The notes: generated by a model from the sequence alone, not told the origin. A stretch of DNA of 64,000 bases from an uncultured Nitrososphaeraceae archaeon (GCA_963728595.1 CAVSLF010000007.1:1-64000), one strand, 5' to 3'. Counted from the stretch's first letter, positions 1 through 10,327 are shown. Made by a program: numbers and translations.

Positions 1-84
1 TCCTCGAATTGCTCAATGAATTGGTTTTATCAACTCGTTTTATAATGCAAAATTTTAAAGACCGGTTGAAGTTGGCGTTTTTGT

Positions 85-764
85 TCAACCTTCTGCTGAA
101 TGTGGCTTGGAATAATTGTCTACAAGTTCCCATGCATTAGCACCTACCACAGCATTAATCTCACAAGTAAGAGGAATCACTCCAGTTTGCCGATTGCTTA
201 TAGTAGATGACATGATACTTGCTCTAAAGTTAGAATGTCCCAATCCAAGTGCATGTCCCGTTTCATGTTTTGCAACTAATTCTATTTAATCGGAGGAGAA
301 TCCTCGCCCGGGACTCCCTTAGCGATTGTCACATGGGTCTCTTCGATCAGCCCGCGCCAGTTCAAAGTAAAAATAGTTAGTCCAGCAGTCAACAGTCCTT
401 GTTTTGTCTTTGCACCTGGAAGGGAACTTCCATCCTTCTTGAAGTTAAAATAGATATCTGCCGAGGAACTGTCGTCCATTACTTCTTGAAGTGTCAAACC
501 GGCTATCTTTAAATCCCACTGGCCTACAGCATTTCTGACGGCCTGCCTAATGCCAGAACTTCCACCGGTGATCTTGTATGTTAGTTCACCGTCTGCTAAC
601 TGTTCTCCCCAAGCACAACATATTTGAATTGAATTTTGTTGTTCCTGATTATTTTTTTCGTCGCGTTCCTTCGCATATACAGAGGTGTAAGACACAAATA
701 TGATAGAGCAGGTTAGAGATATTATTACTAATAACAGACAAATGACGTTGGTGACTGTTTTCAA
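85..764 (-). CDS. Secreted matrixin/M10-like metzincin zinc metalloprotease, frameshifted near 285
   Basis: ORF 282-764 has an N-terminal signal peptide. A second minus-strand frame continues IELVAKHETGHALGLGHSNFRASIMS (HExxHxxGxxH plus Met-turn, motif at 235-267) to TGA at 85-87. Confidence 0.8.
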
Positions 765-1403
765 TTGTTTTGTTATTTATCTCACTGACTAAAAGTCCTA
801 GATAGATGATTAAATTGACTGGAGTCGATCCGAATGAGCCCAAATGAAGCTGAAGTGATTTTGGAGTAGGGTATCTGAGCCATTGATGGTTCGTTTGTAT
901 TTGATGAATTGTTCTGCGTGGTTTTACAAGAGTTAATTGACTTCATGCTATTATAGTCATTATTGTAATTCAGATAGCGAATAGATAACAAAATGTTTGG
1001 TTGAATCAATCTACTAATCATAACCTCCTCGTATTCTTAAATCTATTAAGGCTTGCGGTGCAACTGTCAAACTATCATACATAATTTTTCGTTCCTAAAA
1101 GGCGCTATAGCGACTAAAAGATAAAATAATTCCTTCTGTCATAGAGAGTATTTTCTTATAGAGTGAAAATATGGCATTCTATATGCGGAAAAAAAATCAA
1201 TATAAAGAATCTCAGTTTTTGACCAGCATTAAAGTAAAGATTTTCTTAGACTGGCTTTCCGAACAGCAGTTTTTCTTGTGTCGAAGGCAGAAGGTATTCT
1301 GTTCTGTCAAGCCTACTAGATATAATTATTGAATTAAATTCCAGCCGTAGCAAGATGCTGGCACCTACATGTGTATGAAATTCTAAAATAGAGAGTTAAA
1401 TGT

Positions 1404-1595
1404 TTAGCGGAACCGTCCATTGTAAATAATAATCGATTCAATTCGTCCACAGTCATCGCATGCCGGACATTTTATTGTCCGCTCGTCTGTTCCCCATACA
1501 GAAGCACACCAATAACATGATTCACATAATACGAAATACTTCTTTCCCATAATTTCATAATAATTTTTTTCCCCTGGTCTCATCTGATGATCCAT
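1404..1595 (-). CDS. Small Cys-rich zinc-ribbon protein
   Basis: 63 aa with CESCYWC and CPACDDC clusters, a pattern common in thaumarchaeal small proteins. Confidence 0.6.
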   Translation of the reverse strand: MDHQMRPGEKNYYEIMGKKYFVLCESCYWCASVWGTDERTIKCPACDDCGRIESIIIYNGRFR

Positions 1596-2272
1596 GCACA
1601 GGAGGATTGATTTAGTTTTGTAAAGTGCTCTTATGATTACTAACTATTAGTTTTGTTTTATATCAAACGATTTAGTTTTCATCTGACGGTGTATATTATA
1701 TATTTTCAATATATGATAAATTAGTATACGTTACTAATAGTTAGCTAACCCCAACATGAACCTTAAAGTCAGACGATATTGATATAAATTCATGGTCAAA
1801 AGAATGGAAGAAAAACGAGGTAAACCGGAATGAGTACTATCAGCGTTCCATATATTGGTATGTTTAAGGGAATAGATAAACCCAAGACAGAGACAATCGA
1901 AAAAAAATCTACAAACCATGACTGTTCTGTAATCCTGGGACTTACTCCATTTTATTGAGTATTGTATTGGTAGCAATGATGTTGGGGCCCAATTGCGATG
2001 TCATATTATGCGGATACGACCGTCCCAAGTAAGAGTCAAATTTCGGATTGTAGACAAACGATACTTGGTTTTGAACAAAGAGGATTTTATACTAGTCAGG
2101 AACAGTTCAAGAGAGTGCTGGCCTACTGCTATCACAGTTAATGCCTATACTTGCTTCCTTGAGAAATACGCCTGCCACTATGGATGGCCATGATAAATGG
2201 TTTTATCTGAACCAAACTATGCTAAAAGTTTGCTGAAGATTTCTCTCTTGACAGAGTTTGTCTGTTTGGAAA

Positions 2273-3355
2273 TCATTCTTCGCTGTCATTTGATTCTTCG
2301 CTGTCATTTGATTCTTCGCTGTCATTTGATTCTTCGCTGTCATTTGATTCTTCGCTGTCATTTGATTCTCCGACGACTGTATTGTTCAAAAGTCCCTGTG
2401 CGGTACTATTTGAAAGTGCCAATTCTGTGTTGTTGAGAGGCTCTTCAATCTTCGTATTTCCCTGGTCCTCCGCCACTGAAGGTTTTGCGTCAGATGTTTG
2501 ATTGATTGGTGGTACTGCTTCATCGTCGTCTGGTTGTTCTTCTGAAGTCGTCGCATTTTCACTAGCTGGTTGTTCTTCTGAAGTCGTCGCATTTTCACTA
2601 GCTGGTTGTTCTTCTGAAGTCGTCGCATTTTCACTAACTGGTTGTTCTTCTGAAGTCGTCGCATTTTCACTAGCTGGTTGTTCTTCTGAAGTCGTCGCAT
2701 TTTCACTAGCTGGTTGTTCTTCTGAAGTCGTCGCATTTTCACTAGCTGGTTGTTCTTCTGAAGTCGTCGCATTTTCGCTTACGTTAGAAGGTTGTGGTTC
2801 TTCTAACTCTTCTAGATCTTCTGAAGTTGCGCTCTTGTTAGCTGGTGAGATCAGCGGAAGTACTTCGTTGGTCAAATTCTCCTTGTTCAAGAAATCCAAA
2901 ATGGTTGTAATATTTCTCTTCTCGCCAGTGGGCCCCGAGCTCATATTCAAATTTCCGGCTTCAGTCACATTATTCAGTACTCCTGCAGGCAATAATCCTT
3001 GGCCTGTACTATTCTTTAGCGATGAATCAATGAATTCAATAACATTTGTCGCATTGGCCGGAAGAACCTCAAGAAGTTCAGTTATATTAGCAATAACCAA
3101 TGGTTCAGAATCTGTGTCATTTTCTTCAACAAATAGGTTCTTTGGCAGTTCGTTCACCTGCGTAGCATTTGAGGGTGGTGGAGGTGGAGTCCTGTCGTCT
3201 TCGGGCAAAGGTGTGAAAGGAGCCTTGGTTCCACCAAAATCCGGAGTTTCCTCGTCCTGTGAAAATGCAAATTTCATCTGATAACCATTTACAGTGAGAA
3301 TGGTTATGACCAATAGGGTAATTATTACAAATGGATTTAACGATCTAGTTTTCAT
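2273..3355 (-). CDS. Secreted acidic low-complexity repeat protein, probable surface glycoprotein
   Basis: Probable start ATG 3355 (MKTRSLNPFVIITLLVITILTV, signal peptide); Pro-rich linker, 7x SENATTSEEQP(A/V), 5x ESNDSE; many N-x-S/T sequons. Confidence 0.8.
   Translation of the reverse strand: MKTRSLNPFVIITLLVITILTVNGYQMKFAFSQDEETPDFGGTKAPFTPLPEDDRTPPPPPSNATQVNELPKNLFVEENDTDSEPLVIANITELLEVLPANATNVIEFIDSSLKNSTGQGLLPAGVLNNVTEAGNLNMSSGPTGEKRNITTILDFLNKENLTNEVLPLISPANKSATSEDLEELEEPQPSNVSENATTSEEQPASENATTSEEQPASENATTSEEQPASENATTSEEQPVSENATTSEEQPASENATTSEEQPASENATTSEEQPDDDEAVPPINQTSDAKPSVAEDQGNTKIEEPLNNTELALSNSTAQGLLNNTVVGESNDSEESNDSEESNDSEESNDSEESNDSEE
2276..2365. repeat. 18-bp tandem repeat x5 (coding, ESNDSE)
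   Basis: ttcttcgctgtcatttga repeated five times head-to-tail. Confidence 0.95.
2531..2779. repeat. 36-bp tandem repeat x7 (coding, SENATTSEEQPA)
   Basis: tggttgttcttctgaagtcgtcgcattttcactagc units starting at 2531, 2567, 2603, 2639, 2675, 2711, 2747; no spacers. Confidence 0.95.
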
Positions 3356-3528
3356 ACTTCTCACGAAAGTAAAAGGATACGTAGAATTTAAAGTATACTG
3401 AGAAAAAATGTCTCTACATAGACTGGCAGAACTTTCTAGAAATAGAGGTCCAGCATGGATGCTGAATGACAAAAATATTTTGAACTGAAACCAGGAAAAA
3501 AGAGTGTATTTGTGTCAACTTGCCCCAA

Positions 3529-4254
3529 CTAAAAGTCTTCACAGTTAGATTCCTTTGTATCACCTTTAGATGGTTCGAAGTCCATTATAGTGTCATCCCC
3601 ACTACCGCAATCGAAGTGGTTTGCCCCTGAGCCTCCCCACATCACATCATCTCCTTTTCCACCTTTTATGTCATCGTTTCCTTTTCCTCCCCAAATGAAA
3701 TCATCGCCACTACCTCCTGCCAACTTATCTGAACCCGATCTACCTTTTAGCTTGTCGTCTCCAGTTCCGCCGAATACCCAATCAGAGCCCCCATTGCCTG
3801 CTATCCAGTCTTTTCCTTCTTCTCCGTAGATGGTGTCGCTTCCTCGGTTCCCTTCAATGATATCATTTCCTCTCCCTCCTGTTAAATCATCACTTCCACT
3901 ATTTCCCTGTATTACATCTGTACCTTTTCCACCATCGATCTCATCAGATCCTTCGTTTCCTTCCAATACGTCATCACCGTCTCCTCCACGGATGTCATCA
4001 TTACCCGAGTTTCCCTTTACTCGGTCATCGTCGTCATTACCGTACAAATGGTCACCACTTGCCTTACCCCATATCCGGTCATCACCTCCAAGACCCCAAA
4101 TGCTGTCTTTGTTATGGGTTCCTGGTAGTACATCATTTTTCTGAGTTCCGACTATATCAAGAGCCCACGCTGGATTCAAGTTGAAGACTGGTTGTACCAC
4201 ACCTAGACTTACAGCCACAAACGCTATAATATATAAGAAGTAATTTCTGTCCAT
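3529..4254 (-). CDS. Secreted RTX/hemolysin-type calcium-binding repeat protein
   Basis: Signal peptide followed by a long run of GGxGxDxI/L nonapeptides. Confidence 0.9.
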   Translation of the reverse strand: MDRNYFLYIIAFVAVSLGVVQPVFNLNPAWALDIVGTQKNDVLPGTHNKDSIWGLGGDDRIWGKASGDHLYGNDDDDRVKGNSGNDDIRGGDGDDVLEGNEGSDEIDGGKGTDVIQGNSGSDDLTGGRGNDIIEGNRGSDTIYGEEGKDWIAGNGGSDWVFGGTGDDKLKGRSGSDKLAGGSGDDFIWGGKGNDDIKGGKGDDVMWGGSGANHFDCGSGDDTIMDFEPSKGDTKESNCEDF

Positions 4255-4611
4255 TTTTTTTCTATGAGTAGTATATTATACTTCCATTTAAGGTCTACTA
4301 AAAACAAGCATTTCTCATGACTTCAGTTTTCCATTGTCCTGTGATTTTTGGGATTCAGTTGATTGCCTGTTTAACTGATTCATTTTTTAATCAATGCCGT
4401 AACTTTAATTTCAATGCCTTGGGTTTTTCAAAGGTTTTTCCACGGAATTATATTGTTCTCAAAGTATGCATTTGTGAAACTCCTACAATCGAACTTTGGA
4501 TTCCACCTGAAACCCCCGATAGAAAGGGCCAACACAGCGTGGTACAACGACAAGCGACCAAATTTCACTAGACGATGAGAATGCTAGACAAAAAAATGAG
4601 TTAGGCAGGCT

Positions 4612-5061
4612 TTATTGGCATTCTTTAGAGGACCAGAATGTCCCTCCAGATACTTTCCATTCACGATAATCTTCTAGTATTTTAATGTGATCAAAAGCCA
4701 CACGTTTGTTCTTTATCAAGTCTTCTATAGTTAACCACTCAAATGAATCGGCATCATCTCCAGCTTTAGCGTTGCCACTTATCATTTTAGCAATGAAAAC
4801 AATGCTAACAACATGTCCTCTGGGATCCCTGTTTGGTGCAGAATATACACCCAATATATCGATTGGTTCAATATTGAGATTTGTTTCTTCCAGCATTTCT
4901 CTTGTCGCCGCGTCCTCGACCTTTTCTCCTTCCTTCATAAACCCGCCAGGAATAGCAAGAGAGCCTTTGAACGGATCTTTCTTTCTTAGGACGACGAGTA
5001 GGTGGTCATCTTTTTCAAGAACAATATCAACAGCTATGGAGGGATAATGATATTTTTTCAT
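4612..5061 (-). CDS. NUDIX hydrolase (ADP-ribose pyrophosphatase/MutT-like)
   Basis: Nudix box GGFMKEGEKVEDAATREMLEETNL plus RDPRGHVVS and AFDH motifs. Confidence 0.92.
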   Translation of the reverse strand: MKKYHYPSIAVDIVLEKDDHLLVVLRKKDPFKGSLAIPGGFMKEGEKVEDAATREMLEETNLNIEPIDILGVYSAPNRDPRGHVVSIVFIAKMISGNAKAGDDADSFEWLTIEDLIKNKRVAFDHIKILEDYREWKVSGGTFWSSKECQ

Positions 5062-5149
5062 ATACGCAATATTATGTACACTTCTACATAATTGTCTATA
5101 GATTCAGTCCCCCGATTTTGCTGTTATCTTTGTCCACAACTAACAGCAG

Positions 5150-5326
5150 TCATCCCACAGACTTCGCACATTTATCGCAATATCTTTCAACGATGGTGGC
5201 ACCTTCCACTTTAAAAAAGGCGGTTTGTGTTGCGGGGTTTCCACAAGCTACACAAAAATAGGTCTTGTCTTTATTTTTCTCGTCCCGTTCAATTGGCTTT
5301 AGCTCCGGTTTGCCTCGGTTTACCAT
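5150..5326 (-). CDS. Small CxxC...CxxC zinc-finger protein, 58 aa (below ORF-track cutoff)
   Basis: Manual translation MVNRGKPELKPIERDEKNKDKTYFCVACGNPATQTAFFKVEGATIVERYCDKCAKSVG; TTTTTAA box ~30 nt upstream. Confidence 0.7.
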   Translation of the reverse strand: MVNRGKPELKPIERDEKNKDKTYFCVACGNPATQTAFFKVEGATIVERYCDKCAKSVG

Positions 5327-5833
5327 TTTTCTACCGCCTAATGTACGTGGGAATCCTTAAAAAAGATGTGGTTTTGCTCGTGAGACGCTCCATATAATAG
5401 CAATGTGATTGAAGATGGTTGGAATCCCATGAAGTCAAATTTCTCCACCATTTTTGTTAGATGACGGCAAATGAGGCGATTCCTTCGGTACGGAAAGTAA
5501 AGGGATTAGTTGCTACAATCGAGCTGAAAGATTGGATCAAGAAAAAGTAAAATTCCGTTTGAATGTTGCAGAGGTGACAAAAAAAGGATGGACAGTGAAA
5601 CTTTAGACAATTTTGAAATACCCAATCAATTGAATGTCGGCGACAAAGTAGATGTAATGCGTTTCGACTATCGATTCAGAAAAGTATTCCTATCTTGCTA
5701 TGTAAAGAAGTGACTATTGGTGGCAACTTTCCAGAAATAGCAGTGTTTGCAATACAAAAGGTATTAACATGTCAAACCTAAAACATGACCTGCTTGTATG
5801 TGTACATTCATTGGATCTTCCAGGAGTGAATAA

Positions 5834-6187
5834 TTGTACCGACTTGTAGTAGTTATGACTCTTTTGTTAATGATAGTTGGGGGTTCCATATCAGGTGTAA
5901 ACAATATTTCATACGCAGCTACCCCGAACGATACGCAAGGATTTAAAATATACGATCCTGATGATCCAAACAGTCCTGAAAATATCGTGATCCAATATTG
6001 CATTCTACATGCAGATAGAGTTGCTCAAGGAGCGAATGTCAGTCAGGAACTAGTAAATGCAGGTATAATTCCCGACTCCTTCGCTGGAAAAACATGTCAA
6101 GAAGTACAAGCACAACATGAACGGACAAAAGCTGCACTAGATTTTGGTAATAAGGATACTTTAAAGGAAATCTTGGGTATTCCTTGA
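5834..6187 (+). CDS. Secreted hypothetical protein with two Cys
   Basis: N-terminal hydrophobic signal, 117 aa, IVIQYCILH...KTC. Confidence 0.6.
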   Translation: MYRLVVVMTLLLMIVGGSISGVNNISYAATPNDTQGFKIYDPDDPNSPENIVIQYCILHADRVAQGANVSQELVNAGIIPDSFAGKTCQEVQAQHERTKAALDFGNKDTLKEILGIP

Positions 6188-6562
6188 CTCAGTCTTAGCT
6201 ATCGCCTGTATTCTGTTCATTACTTGGTTAATACCGTTCAAATATTTGTCAAGAGCAAAACGCTTTAATAGGCTTGCAAGTTTGGGATCCGCCTTCGTAG
6301 CTATAGAGACGTTACATTTTCTGGATCTTGATTAATAACCTATAAGTTGCTAACGAATCGCTCATGCTGGTTGTCGGGTTGGAGGAAATGATAGCCATGC
6401 ATACGGCACGTCCGAGTATTTCTTTTTTTTGTTTTTATGATACTATTGACACACTTATTGGCTGCAAACTTCCGCTCCACGTATCAATCAAGGGTCTTTG
6501 AGTTTGAAAGATTCCTTGTGATTTGTTATCATTTATTAATTTATGAGTGAGGTTACAGTTTA

Positions 6563-6796
6563 ATGAAGATAAATAAAACCACACTAGCATTTGTTGTAGG
6601 AATTTTGGTGGTGGCAGGAGTTGGAATATACGTTGGCTTTGATGCCTATAACAATTCGATAAAAATCGCAAACCAATTAACTCAAGGTCAAGCATTTAAA
6701 GACCTGCAAGAACATCGAATGTCAATTTTAGAATACTGTTCACACGGCTTTACGGACAACGAAAGTCAGAAATTATGCATTGGTGTGCGTCCTTAA
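6563..6796 (+). CDS. Small single-TM membrane or secreted protein (copy 1)
   Basis: 77 aa, N-terminal TM helix, C-terminal Cys pair; protein identical to 9945-10178. Confidence 0.7.
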   Translation: MKINKTTLAFVVGILVVAGVGIYVGFDAYNNSIKIANQLTQGQAFKDLQEHRMSILEYCSHGFTDNESQKLCIGVRP

Positions 6797-6948
6797 TTCT
6801 GTGTTCAACCCAATACCTGATGCTACAGATAAAATGAGTAACTACCAATAGAATACATGGTGTAAATTTTTCCCGATTGTAGTTATTCGCAGTAATTTAT
6901 TATCAATCAAATTTAATCAAGAGCAATTCTTGATTTTTGAATAGTCTC

Positions 6949-7327
6949 TCAAATCATTACAAGATCATCTACAGATGATATCATGACAACCGCCTTATTT
7001 CCGTCAAGTGCCTTTTTCATTTTGCCCACGACCTCATTGACGTCATCAGAATTTACCACTGTCGCTATAACTTTCCTGGTATTATATGCAAGTTCAACTG
7101 TACCATTTCCTCTGCCTGAGGCAACTCTTTCCTTGTCTTTGGATACCCCCTTTACGTCATAGATTGTAACTTCAAGGCCTTTGAGAGATGAGATAATATC
7201 ACCGACATTTTCTGGTTTCACAAGCACTGCAAGTCTCTTCATGGTTGACTTTTTTCCCGGTGCTATCTTTACCCGGCATTTCGGCGTATCTCACTTCAAA
7301 CGGCAGATTCGAATTGTCTTTCGCCAT
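6949..7327 (-). CDS. P-II family nitrogen-regulatory-like protein (copy 1; 1-nt insertion in the N-terminal extension)
   Basis: MKRLAVLVKPENVGDIISSLKGLEVTIYDVKG P-II N-terminus; copy 2 shows the 125-aa frame, copy 1 has an extra a near 7265. Confidence 0.8.
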
Positions 7328-7710
7328 TTTTTAAATTGTTGACGTGAAGTATAAAAAGATGATGATATAGACGTCCTAGCAGTTAGAAAAATATCGCTCA
7401 GTTTTATACTATAAAAACGCCGAATAAGATGTCAAATCCAATTGACGCGCGCTTTCATTCCTTATTCACAAAAAAGTAATTTCATATCTCTCATTACGAA
7501 TTTCGGTGGCTCCCGATAATACTCCCTCCATTGACGGTTAATTATCTGTGAATACGGCCGATACTAAAAAAATGGAAATGGATAGAAGGGTTCCTTCGTT
7601 TTGGAAAACTTCAAGTTCCAAAGCAAACAATAAGAAGGATATTGTGTATGCCTGTCTCTATATAGACATTCGTAACTGCTGTTATATAACGGAATACATC
7701 TCTCCTAGTA

Positions 7711-7911
7711 GTGAACAATTCAAAAAAATATAGGCTCAATTTCAATATGCTTTATTATAATTATAGGACGGGATTCATTGAAAACAATAATGAAGCGTAT
7801 CTGACACACGCGGAAGCACTCAGGAATAAATGGAAGTGCGATAAATGTTCAGAAAAATTCCAAAATTACAGATTGGTGCACGAACATAAGACTCAATTTC
7901 ATTCCTATTAG
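7711..7911 (+). CDS. C2H2 zinc-finger protein (copy 1)
   Basis: WKCDKCSEKFQNYRLVHEHKTQFH matches C-x2-C-x3-F-x8-H-x4-H. Confidence 0.7.
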   Translation: MNNSKKYRLNFNMLYYNYRTGFIENNNEAYLTHAEALRNKWKCDKCSEKFQNYRLVHEHKTQFHSY

Positions 7912-8035
7912 ATGTTAGTGTTTAGCGGCCTGGAGAAGGTCACAGTCTTTCTTCATACAGCCAGAATCCTGAAAGTTTATTTTCCTAAACTGAGCAAAAA
8001 AGAGCATGACAAAGTTCACAAATGGGGAGATAGCT

Positions 8036-8177
8036 ATGTCAAGACATGTTCTAACTAAGACTTTCAAACGTGATCGCTGTGAGTTTGTTTGGCGTTCCGA
8101 CGTTATGGTTATTACCGAAATCGTATCCTAAATGTAAAAGTCCTTACGGGGATACTCCCAGGAGAAAATTGAAATGA
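8036..8177 (+). pseudogene. Decayed CxxC...CPxCxSPYW zinc-ribbon mini-protein (copy 1)
   Basis: MSRHVLTKTFKRDRCEFVW, then +1 frameshift, then VPTLWLLPKSYPKCKSPYGDTPRRKLK. Confidence 0.6.
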
Positions 8178-8603
8178 ACCGAATGATTTGCTATTACCTT
8201 TACGATAATAAGTCCGGAACTGAAATTGTCCGCCGGGGAGTAAAATGGATTCTCGAGACTGTCAAGCCGCGTGGAGGCGCTTATCGCAGTTCAAGAACGA
8301 GGAAATTTACAGGATTATGGAAGAGAAGAAGGACTGTCATTACTTTCCTTGTTAGACAAAGCACCCCACAGGGCTACCGTAGGCGGAATACATTTTGAAC
8401 TTGTTTTACCTTCACAAATCCCTTTTCGAGCAAGCGGCAAACGAATGTTGGTGCTCCATCCACAAAAGGAGTATCTAGACAAACTAAATAAAATAAAAGG
8501 AATCTCTGAAATGTTTGTAATATCATTACTTAAAGAGGATATCAAAAGTTGGATTGCTTCTAGTTATGCAGTCGAATTCAGAGAACCATTAAAGAATTCT
8601 TAA
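8174..8603 (+). CDS. Hypothetical protein (copy 1, frameshifted near 8278)
   Basis: ORFs 8174-8398 and 8271-8603 together reproduce the intact 141-aa ORF 11544-11969. Confidence 0.7.
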
Positions 8604-8929
8604 GCAAGAAAGTGAATCGATCGGGTTAAACGAGTTGTTTTTGATTTGAGGATTCTGTCAATAGGATACAATAGATATCATAGAGGCGAGAAGCTTTATG
8701 AGAAAATTAGTTTATCATGTTCGTCCAGTATTACCAGATTCTCTTATGAACCAACCCAATGCGTCTAGAGGGCTCATCAGAGTTTTTTATCCAGTAAGGT
8801 TATTGGCAGAATGGATTGTTATGATTCTGCCTCCGCACAGATGATCGGATTATCAAAGTTTGACATTAGTTCGCAGGTCTCTAATTGGCTCTTTACGTCT
8901 ATACACCTCCTAGAGTAACGCTTTGGCCC

Positions 8930-9112
8930 TTAGATATTATTTGAATCTAAAACAATATTCTGATCTTTTATCCTTGCTTCCAGGTCATCAATCATTTCCG
9001 CCAGTGCCTGTATCTTTTTTTCTCTTTCTTCTATTTCGGTCTTAATTGCTTCTTCTGTATGCTGCAAGGCTTCGGAATATGTCGTTTTAAATGACGGTGT
9101 TAATCTTCCCAT
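8930..9112 (-). CDS. Small coiled-coil hypothetical protein (copy 1)
   Basis: 60 aa, heptad-like charged sequence, conserved in copy 2, start overlaps the upstream gene. Confidence 0.6.
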   Translation of the reverse strand: MGRLTPSFKTTYSEALQHTEEAIKTEIEEREKKIQALAEMIDDLEARIKDQNIVLDSNNI

Positions 9113-9453
9113 TTTACTTTACCAGCATCCCAAACGACAAATTGAATTCTTTCCAAATTATCTCTATTATCATAGTGTACCTGATCCATTTCTATTGACC
9201 AGCGATAGCATGAAAGAACTATTTTTTCTCCTTCAATTTTGCATTCTATCAGATACAACAATTCATTTACAGTCATCTTTGGATATCTCTCCATAAGGCG
9301 TAGAATTTGTTTCGCGAGATCTATCTTATTTTGCATTGAACCGTTAAACGTCATAGAATGAACGGGGTGTATTCTTTTCTCTGTGGCTTTAATTTCGTTT
9401 AACAGCCCTTTTTGTACATTTTCAAATGTAAGGTCCCAGGTAACTTTCTGCAT
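9100..9453 (-). CDS. Hypothetical protein (copy 1)
   Basis: 117 aa, conserved in copy 2 (12475-12819). Confidence 0.6.
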   Translation of the reverse strand: MQKVTWDLTFENVQKGLLNEIKATEKRIHPVHSMTFNGSMQNKIDLAKQILRLMERYPKMTVNELLYLIECKIEGEKIVLSCYRWSIEMDQVHYDNRDNLERIQFVVWDAGKVKWED

Positions 9454-9516
9454 ATTTTAAGAAAATCTACTTGCAAGATATAATCAATAGACTACTGTAA
9501 GGACAGGGAGTCCTAG

Positions 9517-9845
9517 TCATTCTTGGCCCTTTTTCTCAATCATGGAGTCAATCTTTTCCTCCAAACTGAGTATTTCATTCAGAATTTTTTCATGATGTTT
9601 TTGAAACACTTCGATTGACTCTAACATTTTCTCATGACTCTCCCCTAAAGTTGAAGAGGTTTTTGAACCTCATCCTGTTTCTTGGAAGTCTTCTTCTGAG
9701 CATGATAAATCCACCAACTTATTAATAGACCGACGATTACTCCGATTAAGATACTGAGGTATGTGCTCGATGCATTGGTCATATCAACACAATCTTTGGT
9801 TAGTTCAGGCATACATCCCCATATTGCAAGAATTTGAATTAACAA
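9517..9845 (-). CDS. Single-TM coiled-coil membrane protein (copy 1, frameshifted near 9655)
   Basis: Matches intact 109-aa copy 12884-13213; 1-nt deletion (aaagttg versus aaagcttg). Confidence 0.65.
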
Positions 9846-9944
9846 TGGTGGTGTATGGTAGCAGGCAGAAATAAATGATTCACTTTGAAAGATTCCTTGT
9901 GATTTGTTATCATTTATTAATTTATGAGTTGAGGTTACAGTTTA

Positions 9945-10178
9945 ATGAAGATAAATAAAACCACACTAGCATTTGTTGTAGGAATTTTGGTGGTGGCAGG
10001 AGTTGGAATATACGTTGGCTTTGATGCCTATAACAATTCGATAAAAATCGCAAACCAATTAACTCAAGGTCAAGCATTTAAAGACCTGCAAGAACATCGA
10101 ATGTCAATTTTAGAATACTGTTCACACGGCTTTACGGACAACGAAAGTCAGAAATTATGCATTGGTGTGCGTCCTTAA
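9945..10178 (+). CDS. Small single-TM membrane or secreted protein (copy 2)
   Basis: Identical protein to 6563-6796. Confidence 0.7.
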   Translation: MKINKTTLAFVVGILVVAGVGIYVGFDAYNNSIKIANQLTQGQAFKDLQEHRMSILEYCSHGFTDNESQKLCIGVRP

Positions 10179-10327
10179 TTCTGTGTTCAACCCAATACCG
10201 GATGCTACAGATAAAATGAGTAACTACCAATAGAATACATGGTGTAAATTTTTCCCGGTTGTGATTAGTCGTAATTTTTTATCAATCAAATATAATCAAG
10301 AGCAATTCTTGACTTTTGAATAGTCTC

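Larger units (their letters stand above)
6503..9883. repeat. Tandem duplication unit 1 (~3.38 kb)
   Basis: Begins tttgaaagattccttgtg, ends aaatgattcac; collinear with 9884-13251, with substitutions and indels. Confidence 0.95.

Noticed and set aside
2531..2779. 36-bp repeats of CRISPR-like length
   Set aside because: The units are contiguous with no unique spacers, lie in frame within a coding sequence, and no cas genes are present
2197..3281. ORFs 2197-2436 (LILRCH repeats), 2386-2772 and 2502-3281
   Set aside because: Alternative-frame or antisense shadows of the tandem repeats in the 2273-3355 gene
3590..4144. Ser/Pro-rich plus-strand ORFs 3590-3829 and 3830-4144
   Set aside because: Antisense shadows of the Gly/Asp RTX repeats
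5461..5713. Fragment MDSETLDNFEIPNQLNVGDKVDVMRF, reminiscent of an eIF5A/NMD3-type OB domain
   Set aside because: Short, interrupted by stops and frame changes, and the similarity is too weak to support without a search
6915..6935. Hairpin aatcaaga-gcaat-tcttgatt between convergent genes
   Set aside because: Short AT-rich stem, imperfect in copy 2; archaeal termination does not require hairpins
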